Shown in pieces: positions 48,639 to 61,585 of a stretch of DNA of 64,000 nucleotides. The stretch's first letter is position 1, and each line of letters starts with the position of its first letter. This DNA is from Rebecca billardiae RCC1528 (lineage: Eukaryota > Protista > Haptophyta). The DNA is taken from NCBI GenBank assembly GCA_965240325.2, contig OZ251229.1:434001-498000 (forward strand), read 5' to 3'. A program made the position numbers and the translations under genes. The notes under the pieces are model-generated. The model made no database searches, was not told the DNA's origin, and saw only the letters and a list, made by a program, of their open reading frames with translations.

Positions 48639-49499
48639 CGGCGAAGACGCTGGCGCGCTCGAGGCGACGACTGCCGGCTGCCCGCCGGCGCGGGCAAGGT
48701 CGGCCGCCGGTCTACAGCGCGCGAACCATTTTCGTCATCGTCAGATTTGAGATTTCGTCGGTCGGAGGAACGCCACCACCACGGAGTCTGATCACCCGGA
48801 GCCCGTTATAAAGGGGAATTTATGATTATATATATATATATGCGACCACCGCGGTGGCGCGCGCGCGTCGACGCCAGACGGTGCGTCGAGCTTCCGCTCG
48901 GCGATGGAGTGATGGGCGGCTACGAGGGGGGGGGGACGACGGCGAGGAGCGCTGATCCTGGTGTTTGTCTCTGCTGCTCGATCTGCCGCTACAGCTTGCT
49001 GACTCTGACGCCTGCCCGTTGCATACCACGTCATTCATATATATATATATATATATATGGAGTTACATGGTATAGTTACAGTTTCGTCATATGGCGGTTA
49101 CGGCCATATGTATGTATGATGGGTGTTCTTAAGGTGTACACGGCGCGTGCCGTCGGGCCACGTGAGTGCTCTGGGCGGCCCAACCGGCGGGCATGCTAAG
49201 AATGGCGATGCCGAGCGAGCGCGAGGCTCGCCGTCGAGCGCTACCCGGCGCGACGTCGCACGAGCGGCTGATCTGACATCTGTCGAGCGGCGCTACTCGC
49301 GATGCTGGCCGTGTGGGCAGAAAAGGCTCGTCTGCCAGGGCGGCGGCCATCTGAAAGCTAGCCAACGGCTGCATCACGCGGGACGAAGGCTACGCGCGCG
49401 TCTAACGCCGCGCTGGCCACGCTTGCCACGCGCGCGGCCGGTACTGACTGCCTCTGAGGCTAGGCCGCAGGCAGCGACTCACAACAACGTGCACACATC

Positions 49500-50481
49500 T
49501 GACACCTCTGCGTGCCAAGCGATTGAGCACGAGCGGCGGCTCTGATTGGCGGCGCGTACGCCGGTGCTCCGGGCTCGCCAACGACAGCTGCCACAGCGGC
49601 GAGTTGTTCTCCGACTGGCGCGTGCGCTTCGCCCCCCCCGCGGTGGGCTGCCTGCTGCCGCGCGCGCGGCCGGTCCGCCCTGCCCCTCGGCGCGTGCGCC
49701 GAGGCTGAGAGACCGTTGCGCGCCGCGGCCGCGAGGCGCACCGTGGGCAGCAGCGGGCGCCGTGGCGGCGGGTGCCGCAGCAGGCGCGCTCGCAGGCGCA
49801 AGCTCGGGATTTGGCGGGAACGATTAGACTCTACAAGTCACGATTCGCTCCTCCGACGGCGGCGGCAGCTGCGGCTGGGGCATGCGGTGGTGCCGCGCGT
49901 GTGACCAGAATGGCTCAAAGCGCTTGCAGACGCGCGCGCCGCATCCGACGCACCCGCGCCTCGTGTTGCCCGGGCCGTGGCCGCCCGTGTGTGCAACCCC
50001 TTGTACCCGCGAGACCCGCGCGGCCGGTGCCCCGTCAACCTCGTGCGGCCGCCCGCACAGTAGGCGCGCGTACGATCTCCACAGTCAGTGTGCCGGAAGG
50101 GCTGCACGCTGATCAGTGGCAGCTTGTGGCCGCCCTTCTTCGGCACGAACCCGGGCACCGTGCCCTCGAGTCACCGCTACAGCGGCAGCGCCTCCGCCGC
50201 CACCTTGAGCCCGCGGATGCGCAGCTCGAAGCCGAACGACAGCTGGGGTTAGCTGCGCAGCCCGAGGCTGCTGCCGCCCTGGTTGCGCTCCGCGTTGCAC
50301 CAGGTGCGCGTACATGCCCGCGCCAGGGGCCTGGCTGTCGTCGCATTCCCCTGGCTGCCACATCTAGCAGGCGATGGCCCTGTGAGGCGCCGTTCTCGCC
50401 GTCCTCGCCCTCCGACCCCGACCTCGACCTGCAGCAGATATGGTTAAGGTTCGGCTCCTCCTCTGTCCTCTGAGCCATCAT
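49500..50481 (-). pseudogene. Possible decayed coding sequence between subtilase copies B and C
   Basis: Protein-like frame ..LRS*PQLSFGFELRIRGLKVAAEALPL*R*LEGTVPGFVPKKGGHKLPLISVQPF.. interrupted by in-frame stops. Confidence 0.3.
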
Positions 50482-50936
50482 GCGAGGCGTCGTCGTGAGG
50501 GAGTAGCGCGCCGGCCACTGCTCGGGCTCTTGCCATCAGAGTTCCCGGCAATAAAGCGTCGATGCACTCGATGCCTCGCGCTCACGCTTGAGCGCCGGGC
50601 CCATCGCCGCAATTCCCCATACGTGTGGCCACGGATGTTGAAGAAGCCGATCGAACACGCGAGGGCAGCGCGTATCGCCATCGCCGGCCGGCCGACCAAC
50701 GACATGTAGTCCGGTAGTTCCCGCCCTTTCTAGTAATTCTGCGGCGTCCGCCCGGTGGTGAGTCGCAGCGGGTTACTGACCGTTTGGCTATTTGAGCTAT
50801 GGCGCGCGCCCGCATGCCGTCCGCGATTTTGAACTTTGGCTGGACTTCGGCGGCCGTCATCTACATCGGGCACGCATCTCTGCCGTGGCGGCAGTGACCC
50901 CCTGCCGCTTGCGTTGAATCAGGTCTGCACCAGAGC

Positions 50937-53890
50937 TCACATGAGCTCAGCAGCATTGCTCACCTTCGTATTGGTCTCCTGCGTAGCCTTGCGTGCGCGC
51001 AAACGCACGGTGACGGCGACAGCCGCAGCGAGGACGGCGCCAACGGCGGCGACGCCGAGCATGCTCTCGTGCGCGGCGATGACCTTGGGCAAGCGAGCCG
51101 GCCTCTCCGTCTCAAGGCTGCTGAGCGTAGACGGCAGCTTGCCCTGGGCACTGCCGCTGGCGCCGACGGTGAACACGCCCTTGGCCTCGGCGCCAAACTC
51201 CGAGGCTGTGAACACGACCTTGCCGCCGACGACGACATCGACCTTGCCATCGCCGTACGCGCAGCACATGCCGTCTGAGTATGCGTCATGCCTGCGCGGA
51301 AGTCGCGCGGGGGGAGTGCACTGTCAACAACCACGTCGCGGGCGGCGAGGGGGTGCTGCGCCTGGCGCCGTCGGCATGCGAGTGAGCGCGCGCACATGAT
51401 GAAGGTGAATTTGCCGGGCAGCAGCTCGGCGACAGCGTTCCCGTCGGCCGCTGCGCCCTCTGCAACCACCTCGTCATCCTCGTCGACTGCGGTCGAAGCC
51501 CAGTGATGACAAGTGATGCCACGCGGGGGCGCATCACGTGTGAGCCCTTGTGCGCTGCCAGGAGTGCAGGGCTCATCATCACCGGGGGGCGCTCGCGCGG
51601 CCGGCGCGTGCGCGCACGAATCTCCCAAGAGTTCTCGCTCGGGTACCGATCCGGCGTGATGTTGATCTGCACGTTGACTGGCGTGGTCGGGTTGCCCGCC
51701 CGCACGTCGAGCTCGGCCGTCTTCACGCTGGCGAAGCTACCACCTTCAAAGACCAGGTCACTGGCAACGTACACCTCAAACTTGCCAGTGCCGTGGTCGC
51801 AGCTGCGCGCGCGCACACGGGCGTGGACGGCGGGCACGGCGCGAGTGAAATGCTGCCATGCACTCGCGCGCACGGCGCGGAGCAAGCTGCGCGTGCGGTA
51901 CCGTGCGCGCACCACATGCCATCGCCATACGTGTCAAAGATGGTGAACACGTACGTGCCAGGATCGATGCATGCCTCGCCGCCCTTGTCGCCAGTGCCGT
52001 GCATGATGAGCTGGCCGCCCTTCTTGGCGCCCTTGAAGTGCCACATGTTCTCGTCGGGGTGGTTGTCCGGGGTCATCTTCACCTGCACATTCACGCACTC
52101 CGCCTTGACCTCGATCTCGGCCGTCTCGACGCTGGCGAAGCTGGCACCGTCGGCAACGAGCTCACCGGCGACATACACCTCGTACTTGCCAATGCCGTGG
52201 TCGCAGCTGTGGACACGCGCGGGCGGACAGCAGGCACGGAGGCGGCCGTGCCAGTGAGGCAGGGCCGTTCGCTCGGGCGCAAGATGAGAAAGAGGGCGCT
52301 CGCACCAGGCGCACACCACATGCCGTCGCCATACGAGTCGAGGACGGTGAAAGTGTACGTGCCCGGATCGACGCACGCCTCACCGCCCTCGTCACCGGTG
52401 CCTTCCATGATGAGATCGCAGCCCTTCTTGGCCTGCTTCAAATTCCACATGTTCTCGTTGGGGTGGTTGTCGGGGGTCATCTTCACCTGCACGTTCACGC
52501 ACGCCGGCCCACCGCCGCCGCCGCCGCCGCCACCGCCGCCACCACCCGATGGCGGTGGGGGTGGGCTGGGCGAGTGCGGGCCGTGCGCCTGGCCATCCGG
52601 CACCTGCGCGAGCAGGTTGGGCACGTTGTTGCTGCCGATCGACGCTGTGATCTTGCCCTCCTCTGAGAGATTGACGATGCGCGATGCCACCTGCGACGAC
52701 GAGAGCGACGCGTCTTTCGCGCGGATCAGCGCGGCGATGCCCGCGACGTGCGGGGTCGCCATGCTCGTCCCTGAGATCGTGTTGATCGCGTCCGCACCGC
52801 CAATCCATGCCGACTTGATGTAGCTGCCGGGGGCAAAGACGTCGACGCACGAGCCGAAGTTGGTGAACTCGGAGGCCTTGTCGTTGTCGGTGGTCGAGCC
52901 CACCGTCACCGCCTCCGGCGCCGACGCGGGCGAGTACCCGCACGCGTCCTGATAGTCGTTGCCCGCGGCCACAATCACTACCACGTTGGCATCGTGCAGC
53001 GACTTGACGACCAGGTTCTGAGAGGCTGAGTAGCCGCCGCCGAGCGACATGGTGACGATCTTGGGCCGGCCGCCGTTCTCGTGGTTCATGGCCCACTCCA
53101 TCCCGGCGATCGAGTCCGATTTCCAGCCAGAGCCTTCGCAGCTGAGCACCCGTATCGGGTGGATCGTCGACTTCTTGGCCACGCCGTACTGCATGCCGCA
53201 GCACGAGCCAGCACAATGAGTGCCATGGCCGTTGCAGTCGTCCCCGTCCAAGTCACCGTCGACAAAGTCGTAGCCCTGTGCGACGCGCGACGTGATCGCG
53301 CCAGTACCACATCAGTGCAGCGCGCCGCACGCGTGGCTACGCCTCGCAGCCGCGCGCACCTCGCCGATCCGGCCGGCAAAGTCGTTGTGGTTGACGTTCA
53401 CGCCAGTGTCAATCACGTACACGTCCACGCCCTCGCCAGTGTTGGGGTAGTCGAGCGTGTGGTCGAGCGGCAGGTCGGCCTGGTCGATGCGGTCCAGGCC
53501 CCACGGCGGGTGCTGCTGGTTGATCTCCACCTTCGTGTCCTCCTCCATAGCAACACCGAGCGAGCGGAAGTACTTGAGGCCCGTCGGCGTGAGGTCGACG
53601 GCCATGCCCTCGGCGAGGGTGTCGAATTGGTGCTTGATGGTCATGTTTCCGGCGGGGATGAACTTCTTCGTCTCCTCGACCATCTCGGCCACGCCACTCT
53701 TGCCCAGGCACGGCTTGCCGTTCGGACCGCGGTGCGAGCGCGACGCGGCAATGTTCTTGAAGCCCGACGGGAGCCGCGTCGTGTCCGCCTCGAGCAGCGA
53801 GTCGAAGTCGATGATGAAACGCTCGGCGCTTGCACCCGCGAGGGCCGCAAGGGCGGCAAGCACCGCCAGGGGCGCAGCTGGGCACCGCAT
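50937..53890 (-). CDS. Subtilisin S8A protease copy C (3 beta modules, TM)
   Basis: Intact triad motifs; an extra module together with its own duplicated intron. Confidence 0.93.
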
Positions 53891-54250
53891 CGGCGACGAC
53901 GCTGGCGCGCTCGAGGCGACGACTGCCGGCTGCCCGCGGGCAAGGTCGTCGCCTCGGCGGCCGGTCGTGACCGGCCCTGGCGCGGCCGGGTACGGATCGG
54001 CCGGCGGGCTCAGCATCCGCCGCCCTATTCTGCTGACGAAGTATTGATGGCGCGGGCTTTTTACAGTCGTTATAGTCGTTTCGATCATCTGCGTCAGTGG
54101 CACTCGTGAACAGTCGGCATGCCGTCCGCGACTTTGCAGCCGGACTCTGGTGGCCGCCGTCGGGCACGATCCTCTGCGGTGGCAGCGGTGGCCCCTTGTC
54201 GCTTGCGTTGAATCCGGTCTGCACCAGAGCGGAAAGGTAGGGCCAGCAAC

Positions 54251-55823
54251 TCACATGAGCTCGGCAGCGTTGCTCACCTTCGTATTGGTCTCCTGCGTAG
54301 CCTTGCGTGCGCGCAAACGCACGGTGACGGCGACAGCCGCAGCGAGGACGGCACCGACGGCGGCGACGCCGAGCATGCTCGCGTGCGCAGCGATGACCTT
54401 GGGCAAGTGAGCCGGCCTCTCCGTCTCAAGGCTGCTGAGCGTAGACGGCAGCTTGCCCTGGGCACTGCCGCTGGCGCCGACGGTGAACACGCCCTTGGCC
54501 TCGGCGCCAAACTCTGCGGCCGTGAACACGACCTTGCCGCCGACGACGACATCGACCTTGCCATCGCCGTACGCGCAGCACATGCCGTCTGAGTACGAGT
54601 CATGCCTGCGCGGAAGTCGCGCGGGGGGAGTGCACTGTCAGCAACCACGTCGCGGGCGGCAAGGGGGTGCTGCGCAGGGCGCCGTCGGCATGCAAGTGCG
54701 CGCGCACACATGATGAAGGTGAATTTGCCGGGCAGCAGCTCGGCTACAGCGTTCCCGTCGGCCGCGGCGCCCTCGGCAACCACCTCGTCATCCTCGTCGA
54801 CTGCGGGCGAAGCGCAGTGATGACGAGTGATGCCACGCGGGAGCGCATCACGTGTGAGCCCTTGTGCGCAGCCACGAGTGCAGGGCTCATCATCACCGGG
54901 GGGGGCTCGCGCAGCCGGCGCGTGCGCGCACGAATCTCCCAAAAGTTCTCGCTCGGGTACCGATCCGGCGTGATGTTGATCTGCACGTCGACTGGCGTGG
55001 TCGGGTTGCCCGCCCGCACGTCGAGCTCGGCCGTCTTCACGCTGGCGAAGCTACCACCTTCAAAGACCAGGTCACTGGCAACGTACACCTCAAACTTGCC
55101 AGCGCCGTGGTCGCAGCTGCGCGCGCGCACACGGGCGTGGACGGCGGGCACGGCGCGAGTGAAATGCTGCCATGAGCTCGCGCGCACGGCGCGGAGCAAG
55201 CTGCGCGTGCGGTACCGTGCGCGCACCACATGCCATCGCCGTACGTGTCAAAGATGGTGAAGACGTACGTGCCCGGATCGATGCACGCCTCACCTCCCTT
55301 GTCGCCAGTGCCGTGCATGATGAGCTGGCCGCCCTTCTTGGCGCCCTTGAAGTGCCACATGTTCTCGTCGGGGTGGTTGTCCGGGGTCATCTTCACCTGC
55401 ACATTCACGCACTCCGCCTTGACCTCGATCTCGGCCGTCTCGACGCTGGCGAAGCTGGCACCGTCGGCAACGAGCTCACCGGCGACATACACCTCGTACT
55501 TGCCAATGCCATAGTCGCAGCTGTGGACACGCGCGCGCGGACAACAGGCACGGAGGCGGCAGTGCCAGTGAGGCAGGGCCGTTCGCTCGGGTGCAAGATG
55601 AGAAAGAGGGCGCTCGCACCAGGCGCACACCACATGCCGTCGCCATACGAGTCGAGGACGGTGAAAATGTACGTGCCCGGATCGACGCAAGCCTCGCCGC
55701 CCTTGTCGCCGGCGCCTTCCATGATGAGATCGCCGCCCTTCTTGGCCTGCTTCAAATTCCACATGTTCTCGTTGGGGTGGTTGTCGGGGGTCATCTTCAC
55801 CTGCACGTTCACGCACGCCGGCC

Positions 55824-55860
<37 letters not shown>

Positions 55861-57204
55861 CGATGGCGGTGGCGGTGGGCTGGGCGAGTGCGGGCCGTGT
55901 GCCTGGCCATCCGGCACCTGCGCGAGCAGGTTGGGCACGTTGTTGCTGCCGATCGACGCGATGATCTTGCCGTCCTCTGAGAGATTGACGATACGAGATG
56001 CCACCTGCGAGGCAGAAAGCGATGCGTCCGCCGCGCGGATCAGCGCGGCGATGCCCGCGACGTGCGGGGTCGCCATGCTCGTCCCGGAGATCGTGTTGGT
56101 CGCGTCCGCACCGCCAATCCATGCCGACTTGATGTAGCTGCCGGGGGCAAAGACGTCGACGCACGAGCCGAAGTTGGTGAACTCGGAGGCCTTGTCACTG
56201 TCGGTGGTCGAGCCCACTGTCACCGCCTCCGGCGCCGACGCGGGCGAGTACCCGCACGCGTCCGAGTAGTCGTTGCCCGCGGCCACGATCACTGCCACGT
56301 TGGCCTCTGTCATCGACTTGACGACCAGGTTCTGAGAGGCGGAGTAGCCGCCGCCGAGCGACATGGAGACGACCTTGGGCCGGCCGCCGTTCTCGTGGTT
56401 CATGGCCCACTCCATCCCGGCGATCACGTCCGAGCCCCAGCCAGAGCCTTCGCAGCTGAGCACCCGTATCGGGTGGATCGTCGACTTCTTGGCCACGCCG
56501 TACTGCGTGCCGCAGCACGAGCCAGCACAATGAGTGCCGTGGCCGTTGCAGTCGTCCCCATCCGAGTCGCCGTCGACAAAGTCGTAGCCCTGTGCGACGC
56601 GCGGCGTGACCGCGGGGGTGCTGCGTCAGCGCAGCGCGCCGCACGCGTGGCTACGCCTCGCAGCCGCGCGCACCTCGCCGATCCGGCCGGCAAAGTCGTT
56701 GTGGTTGACGTTCACGCCAGTGTCAATCACGTACACGTCCACGCCCTCGCCAGTGTTGGGGTAGTCGAGCGTGTGGTCGAGCGGCAGGTCGGCCTGGTCG
56801 ATGCGGTCCAGGCCCCACGGCGGGTGCTGCTGGTTGATCTCCACCTTCTTGTCCTCCTCCACCGCGACGCCGAGCGAGCGGAAGTACTTGAGGCCCGTCG
56901 GCGTGAGGTCGACGGCCATGCCCTCGGCGAGGGTGTCGAATTGGTGCTTGACGGTCATGTCTCCGGCGGGGATGAACTTCTTCGTCTCCTCGACCATCTC
57001 GGCCACGCCACTCTTGCCCAGGCACGGCTTGCCGTTCGGACCGCGGTGCGAGCGCGACGCGACAATATTCTTGAAGCCCGACGGGAGCCGCGTCGTGTCC
57101 GCCTCGAGCAGCGAGTCGAAGTCGATGATGAAACGCTCGGCGCTTGCACCCGCGAGGGCTGCAAGGGCGGCAAGCACCGCCAGGGGCGCAGCTGGGCACC
57201 GCAT
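54251..57204 (-). CDS. Subtilisin S8A protease copy D (3 beta modules, TM)
   Basis: Intact triad motifs; 3' half nearly identical to copy C. Confidence 0.93.
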
Positions 57205-57669
57205 CGGCGAAGACGCTGGTGATGTGGCCGGCGCCTCAGGGCCCTGCTGGCGTAGCCGGCACGGCGACTCCGCCGACCAATTTTGTGGGCGCGGCCGCCC
57301 GCCGGGGCGGGCGGCGGCGGCGAGGCGGCCAACCGCGGCCGCGGAGCTTTCGTTCATTGATGATAGCTATTCAATACTGTAAGGTATGGCCACATGATAG
57401 GATCCCGTCGTCATTTGGCGGTTCATCGAATACTGGTAAACAAGCTTCCGATACCCGCACGTACGGCTGACCAGCTGAATCTGCGGCTGATTACTGGGCA
57501 GGCCTCCATGGGCGTGCACGGCTTGCGGTGCGCGCTCTACTGCGACGCTCGAACCCGGCTTGAATCACGTAGAGGACACGTATGCACACGCATCCCTGCC
57601 CAGCCACCCAGGTGCCTCCGGACCGCACCAGAGTCCACAGGCGCGGGCGCGGCGCTGTGGGAGGGAGGT

Positions 57670-57805
57670 GGGCAGCAGCTGACAGTCGGAGCTCCGTCCG
57701 TCGCGGTACCGTTGCCGGTCCGGGCCGGCACTGGTCTGCTGTGCAGCCCTGTGAGCATTCATCCGCCTGGCGACTGCGACGGCAGCAGCGAGGATGACGC
57801 CAACA
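57670..57805 (-). pseudogene. Relic 3' end of a fifth, copy-B-like subtilase
   Basis: 57708-57805 matches 45877-45970 (gcactggtctgct..gcagccctgtgagcattcat..gcagcagcgaggatgacgccaaca) with small indels. Confidence 0.75.
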
Positions 57806-58299
57806 CTCGCCCATCAGCTCATGCACCGAGCAGCGCGACCGCGTGCGCCGCGATGACGCCTAACGACGTCTTCACTGCATGGGCCGCTGCTCGCTGGTCC
57901 CGGCAGAATCCGGGAATGGGAGACTGAGTCCATTAGTTCCCACTCCTAGTCCGGACAAAATGATACGTATACACTTGACTAATAATAAGAGACGCACACA
58001 GCTCACTGCTCAGGCAGGCGAGATTGACGCCCGCCAACTGTCACCGCACATGTTACGAAGGTCTCGGTTAGAGACACTTAGTCTGCTAAGACTTAGAGCC
58101 GTCGGCCGATGGTACTATTGGTAGCGCCGTCCGAAGTAATAATTCATTCAGCCGTCCGCACACGGTACCGAGTACAGGCTCGTCTGACATTGTCTGACAA
58201 AGAGGCAGCCGTCCCTCGCGGCGCCCCCAGACGGCTGCCTCTTCTTACAGCCGTGTGTATATATATATATATGTGTGTATATATATATAATTAATATAT

Positions 58300-58414
<115 letters not shown>

Positions 58415-58441
58415 CACACACGGCAGGGTCAGCTGGCCGTA

Positions 58442-59065
58442 CAGGCAATCGCGGGCAATAAGCAGTCAGAGATCTCACGGCTAGTCTCGGTTTCTATTAG
58501 ATAGCCGTTCGGTAGCCCGAGCGCCTACTGAGTCTCAGTTTCTTAGTTAGCTAATAGCTAGGTCCGCCCGCCGCGCAGGCCGAGGCGCGGGGGGCGCAGG
58601 GGGGCAGAGCCCCCCGCTGAGTCTTTAGAACCGGCCGGCGAGGCCGAAGAAAATTTATTTGGGCCATTTTGGAGCAAATCTGGCATGACGTTGCATGGAT
58701 TATTGGATGCTGCGGTGCACTGGCCAGGAGTCAGTCATCAATCAGGAGACTCAGTCGGGACTTGGCCTGTACCGTCGTAGTCGGGCCGCGCGCCGCGTCC
58801 CACTGGCACTGCGCCTCGGGCCCTCGGCGGACCACTCATCGGCCGCGGGCGACGTAGTCATCCCGGTTTCTTAGCGTGTGACTATATGCGTATATATATA
58901 TATAGCGAACCAGCCACGACTGATCATCGCTATTATTAGAGTCATCCGTCAGTTTCTAGGCCATATATATAGTCACTTAGTTACATCGTCCGCAGCCGAT
59001 TGAGATAGCAACGGCCCCAGTAACTTCTTAACGTGTGACAGCTCCGTATTGCCCGCGATTGCCTG
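58442..59065 (-). mobile_element. MITE family A copy 2 (inverted relative to copy 1, lengthened by small insertions)
   Basis: Same TIR CAGGCAATCGCGGGCAATA, TA flanks, and a collinear interior with 35799-36315. Confidence 0.92.
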
Positions 59066-59274
59066 TATCGCATTCGCCGTATCCGGGGCGCCTTTAATAT
59101 ACGAGCGTCAGCAGCTCAAGGTCGCCCTGGCCTCAGCCCACCAGGTACACTCCGGCTCCGGCGCGACGCAGCCGGTCACCCCGTGCGCCATGATGATGCG
59201 TCCTCGATCTGATGACGAGTCATCATGCAGACTCCTTGCGTGATGCCAATGCTCAGGCACTTGCCGTGGTACTC

Positions 59275-60206
59275 TTACACGAGACGGCACGAGGAGCAGT
59301 CGGAGTCCGACACGCACGCGTAGCCCGAGGGTGGCGGGTCGCAGCAGGGGTTGTTGCCAGCAGGTCCATTGCACCAGCCCCACTGGCTGCACGCGCGGTT
59401 GCCCTGGCAGTCAGCGTCCGAGCTGCACTTGTGCGGGGTGCCAAGCGAGTTCTGCCACCTGCTCCGCGGAGGCCAGGGTCAAGCACACGGGCAAGGCACG
59501 GGGAAGCACAGAGTCAGAGTGTGGTGCGCATCAACTAATGGAATGATTGCAATGAAGGCGCTCGGTGGGCGCATACGCGCCAAACGTCGCGTGAACCACC
59601 CAGGCAGCACGTACTCGTTGACGGTGCAGCGGGGCATGATCGAGCTGATCGGACGGCACGTGGTGCAGTCCGACTTTGACACGCACTGGAAGCCTTTGGG
59701 TGGCGGTGAGCAGCAGGGGTTGTTGCCAGCAGGGCCATTGCACCAGCCCCACTGGCTGCATGCGCGGTTACCCTGACAGTCCGCGTCCGAGCTGCACTTG
59801 TGCGGCGTGCCAAGCGAGTTCTGCCACCTGCTTGGCAGCGTTGTCGCAGGAGCGCGCCGCGCGCGTTGTCGATTGTTTCATGTTCACAAGGTGCATCACA
59901 TGCGGTCCGATCGGACTTCACGCGGCGCGGGGCGGGGTTTGCATGCGCGCACTCGTTCACACCACAGCGGCGCCACCACTTCTCAATGTCCTGAGCCTGC
60001 GCCGCCGGGACGGCGGCTGACTTCTCGATCGGCATCGGCTCGGTGACCTCCGCAGCGACAGGCTGGTTGCCGCCCGTAGCGACAGCGATGCCGACGAGGG
60101 CGACGGTTCCGACGAACCCCAGCACTGCGAGAGCGCCGAGCATCACGCGCTTGGGCGAGCGGCTCTCGCCGGTGGTGGGCGCCTCGTTCTTCTCCGTGTC
60201 GATCAT
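59275..60206 (-). CDS. Type II membrane or secreted Cys-rich protein with two tandem hevein-like (CSQWGWC) modules
   Basis: Exons 60206-59953, 59827-59615 and 59458-59275 splice in frame (GT-AG, both introns phase 2); repeat EWQNSLGTPHKCSSDADCQGNRACSQWGWCNGPAGNNPCC occurs twice; N-terminal TM VMLGALAVLGFVGTVALVGIAVA. Confidence 0.85.
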
Positions 60207-61585
60207 CGATGCTAGTTTGGCGGGGGCGGGGCGCAGCGTCGTCGGGACGGTCTTGTGGTAATTAGGCGAGGGCGTCGGAAGCCGCGCCCGCGCGGCGCTC
60301 GCCAGCGGCGGCGGTGGGATACGGTACAGTTTACTAAGAATAAGAGACGCACACACAGTACCGTATCGGCGTCTCCTCAAATACAGTGCTATGTTCAACC
60401 AGGATCATCCTCATCGATGATCGATCTAGTTAGAAGGGAGTACCCAGACGGTTGTACCGTTGTAATCGCGCGGTTATTTCGTCGCTTAATGATGATCGAC
60501 GACGATGATGACGAATATGTTTCGAGATGCGCCGCGATCAGGGAGAGCGCGAATGCGCGATCGAAAGCTGCAGTGATGCGCGCAACGACTGTGTTGCGAT
60601 AGCCCGACGCCTGAAATTTGCAGCTGATCGGGCAAAGGCCGATCAAAGGAAGCGCAGTGCACCCCAGCGGCTGGCTAGATGTATCCCGCGCCAGTGGTCG
60701 CATATCTGAGGCACTGTCCAATGTGTGCACGCGATTCCCGCCGGCTCGGCCTCAGGTCTCACCTGCTGAGGAGTGACTAGTGCTAACTAAGTCAGACCCG
60801 GCCGGAGGCAGCACCGCTGACGCAGCGCTGTAGACAGTGTACGGACTGTCTGTCTGTCAGTATCACTAATCGATCAAGACTACCGACTGATATGTACAGT
60901 ACTACGGTGTATCCAAGGTGGCGTCACGCGGCGTGGAGTCCGGCGGGTCCATTCAGGAGCGCAGCATCGACGGTGTGTCTGCTGCCAGCCTGAAGCGGTG
61001 ACGCACCGTGTCCGTCCGTGTGTCAGTGCCGGTCGCGGCCTGACTCCCTCGGAGACTCCCAAGGCGCGGCCCCTCATATTGTTTAAGCTCAGAAGGTCAT
61101 AAATAACTCCGCAGGACGAATCACAATATATATATATATATATATATATGTGGGGTTATTGGTACAATAACTGATTGTCTAAGAGGACGACAAGAACGCC
61201 GGGCGCCAGCGCCGCTCATCAGCCACATCGCCCTCTACCAGACCATCGCCTCAAAGGGCGCTGCTCCCGGACAAACAGTCTGTCCGGGTTGTTCTGCCGC
61301 CCAGGAGATCGATTTCCGGCGCCGGCCTCTGCCGCCTGCTTCGCCAGGCGCGGCGTGCGAGATGGCTCCAGCCAAGCTCGTCCTGCGTCGCCGGCGGCGG
61401 CGGCTCGCACGCGGGTGGCGCGTCGCGTGCACCGACCAACATCTTTCGGCACTGCCGCTCGCCAAGGCATGAGGACACGTAAATCCCACTGAGTAGGAAC
61501 ACACGCAGCCGCCTCGGCATCGACATGCCAGGCGGCGTGCCCACCTTCGGCCAGCAGTTGGCGTCGGCGTTCACGAGGACGGCTA

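Noticed and set aside
58200-58243. 14-bp stem hairpin resembling a terminator or Helitron 3' end
   Set aside because: No downstream CTRR terminus or poly-T, and intrinsic terminators are not expected here; function is unsupported.
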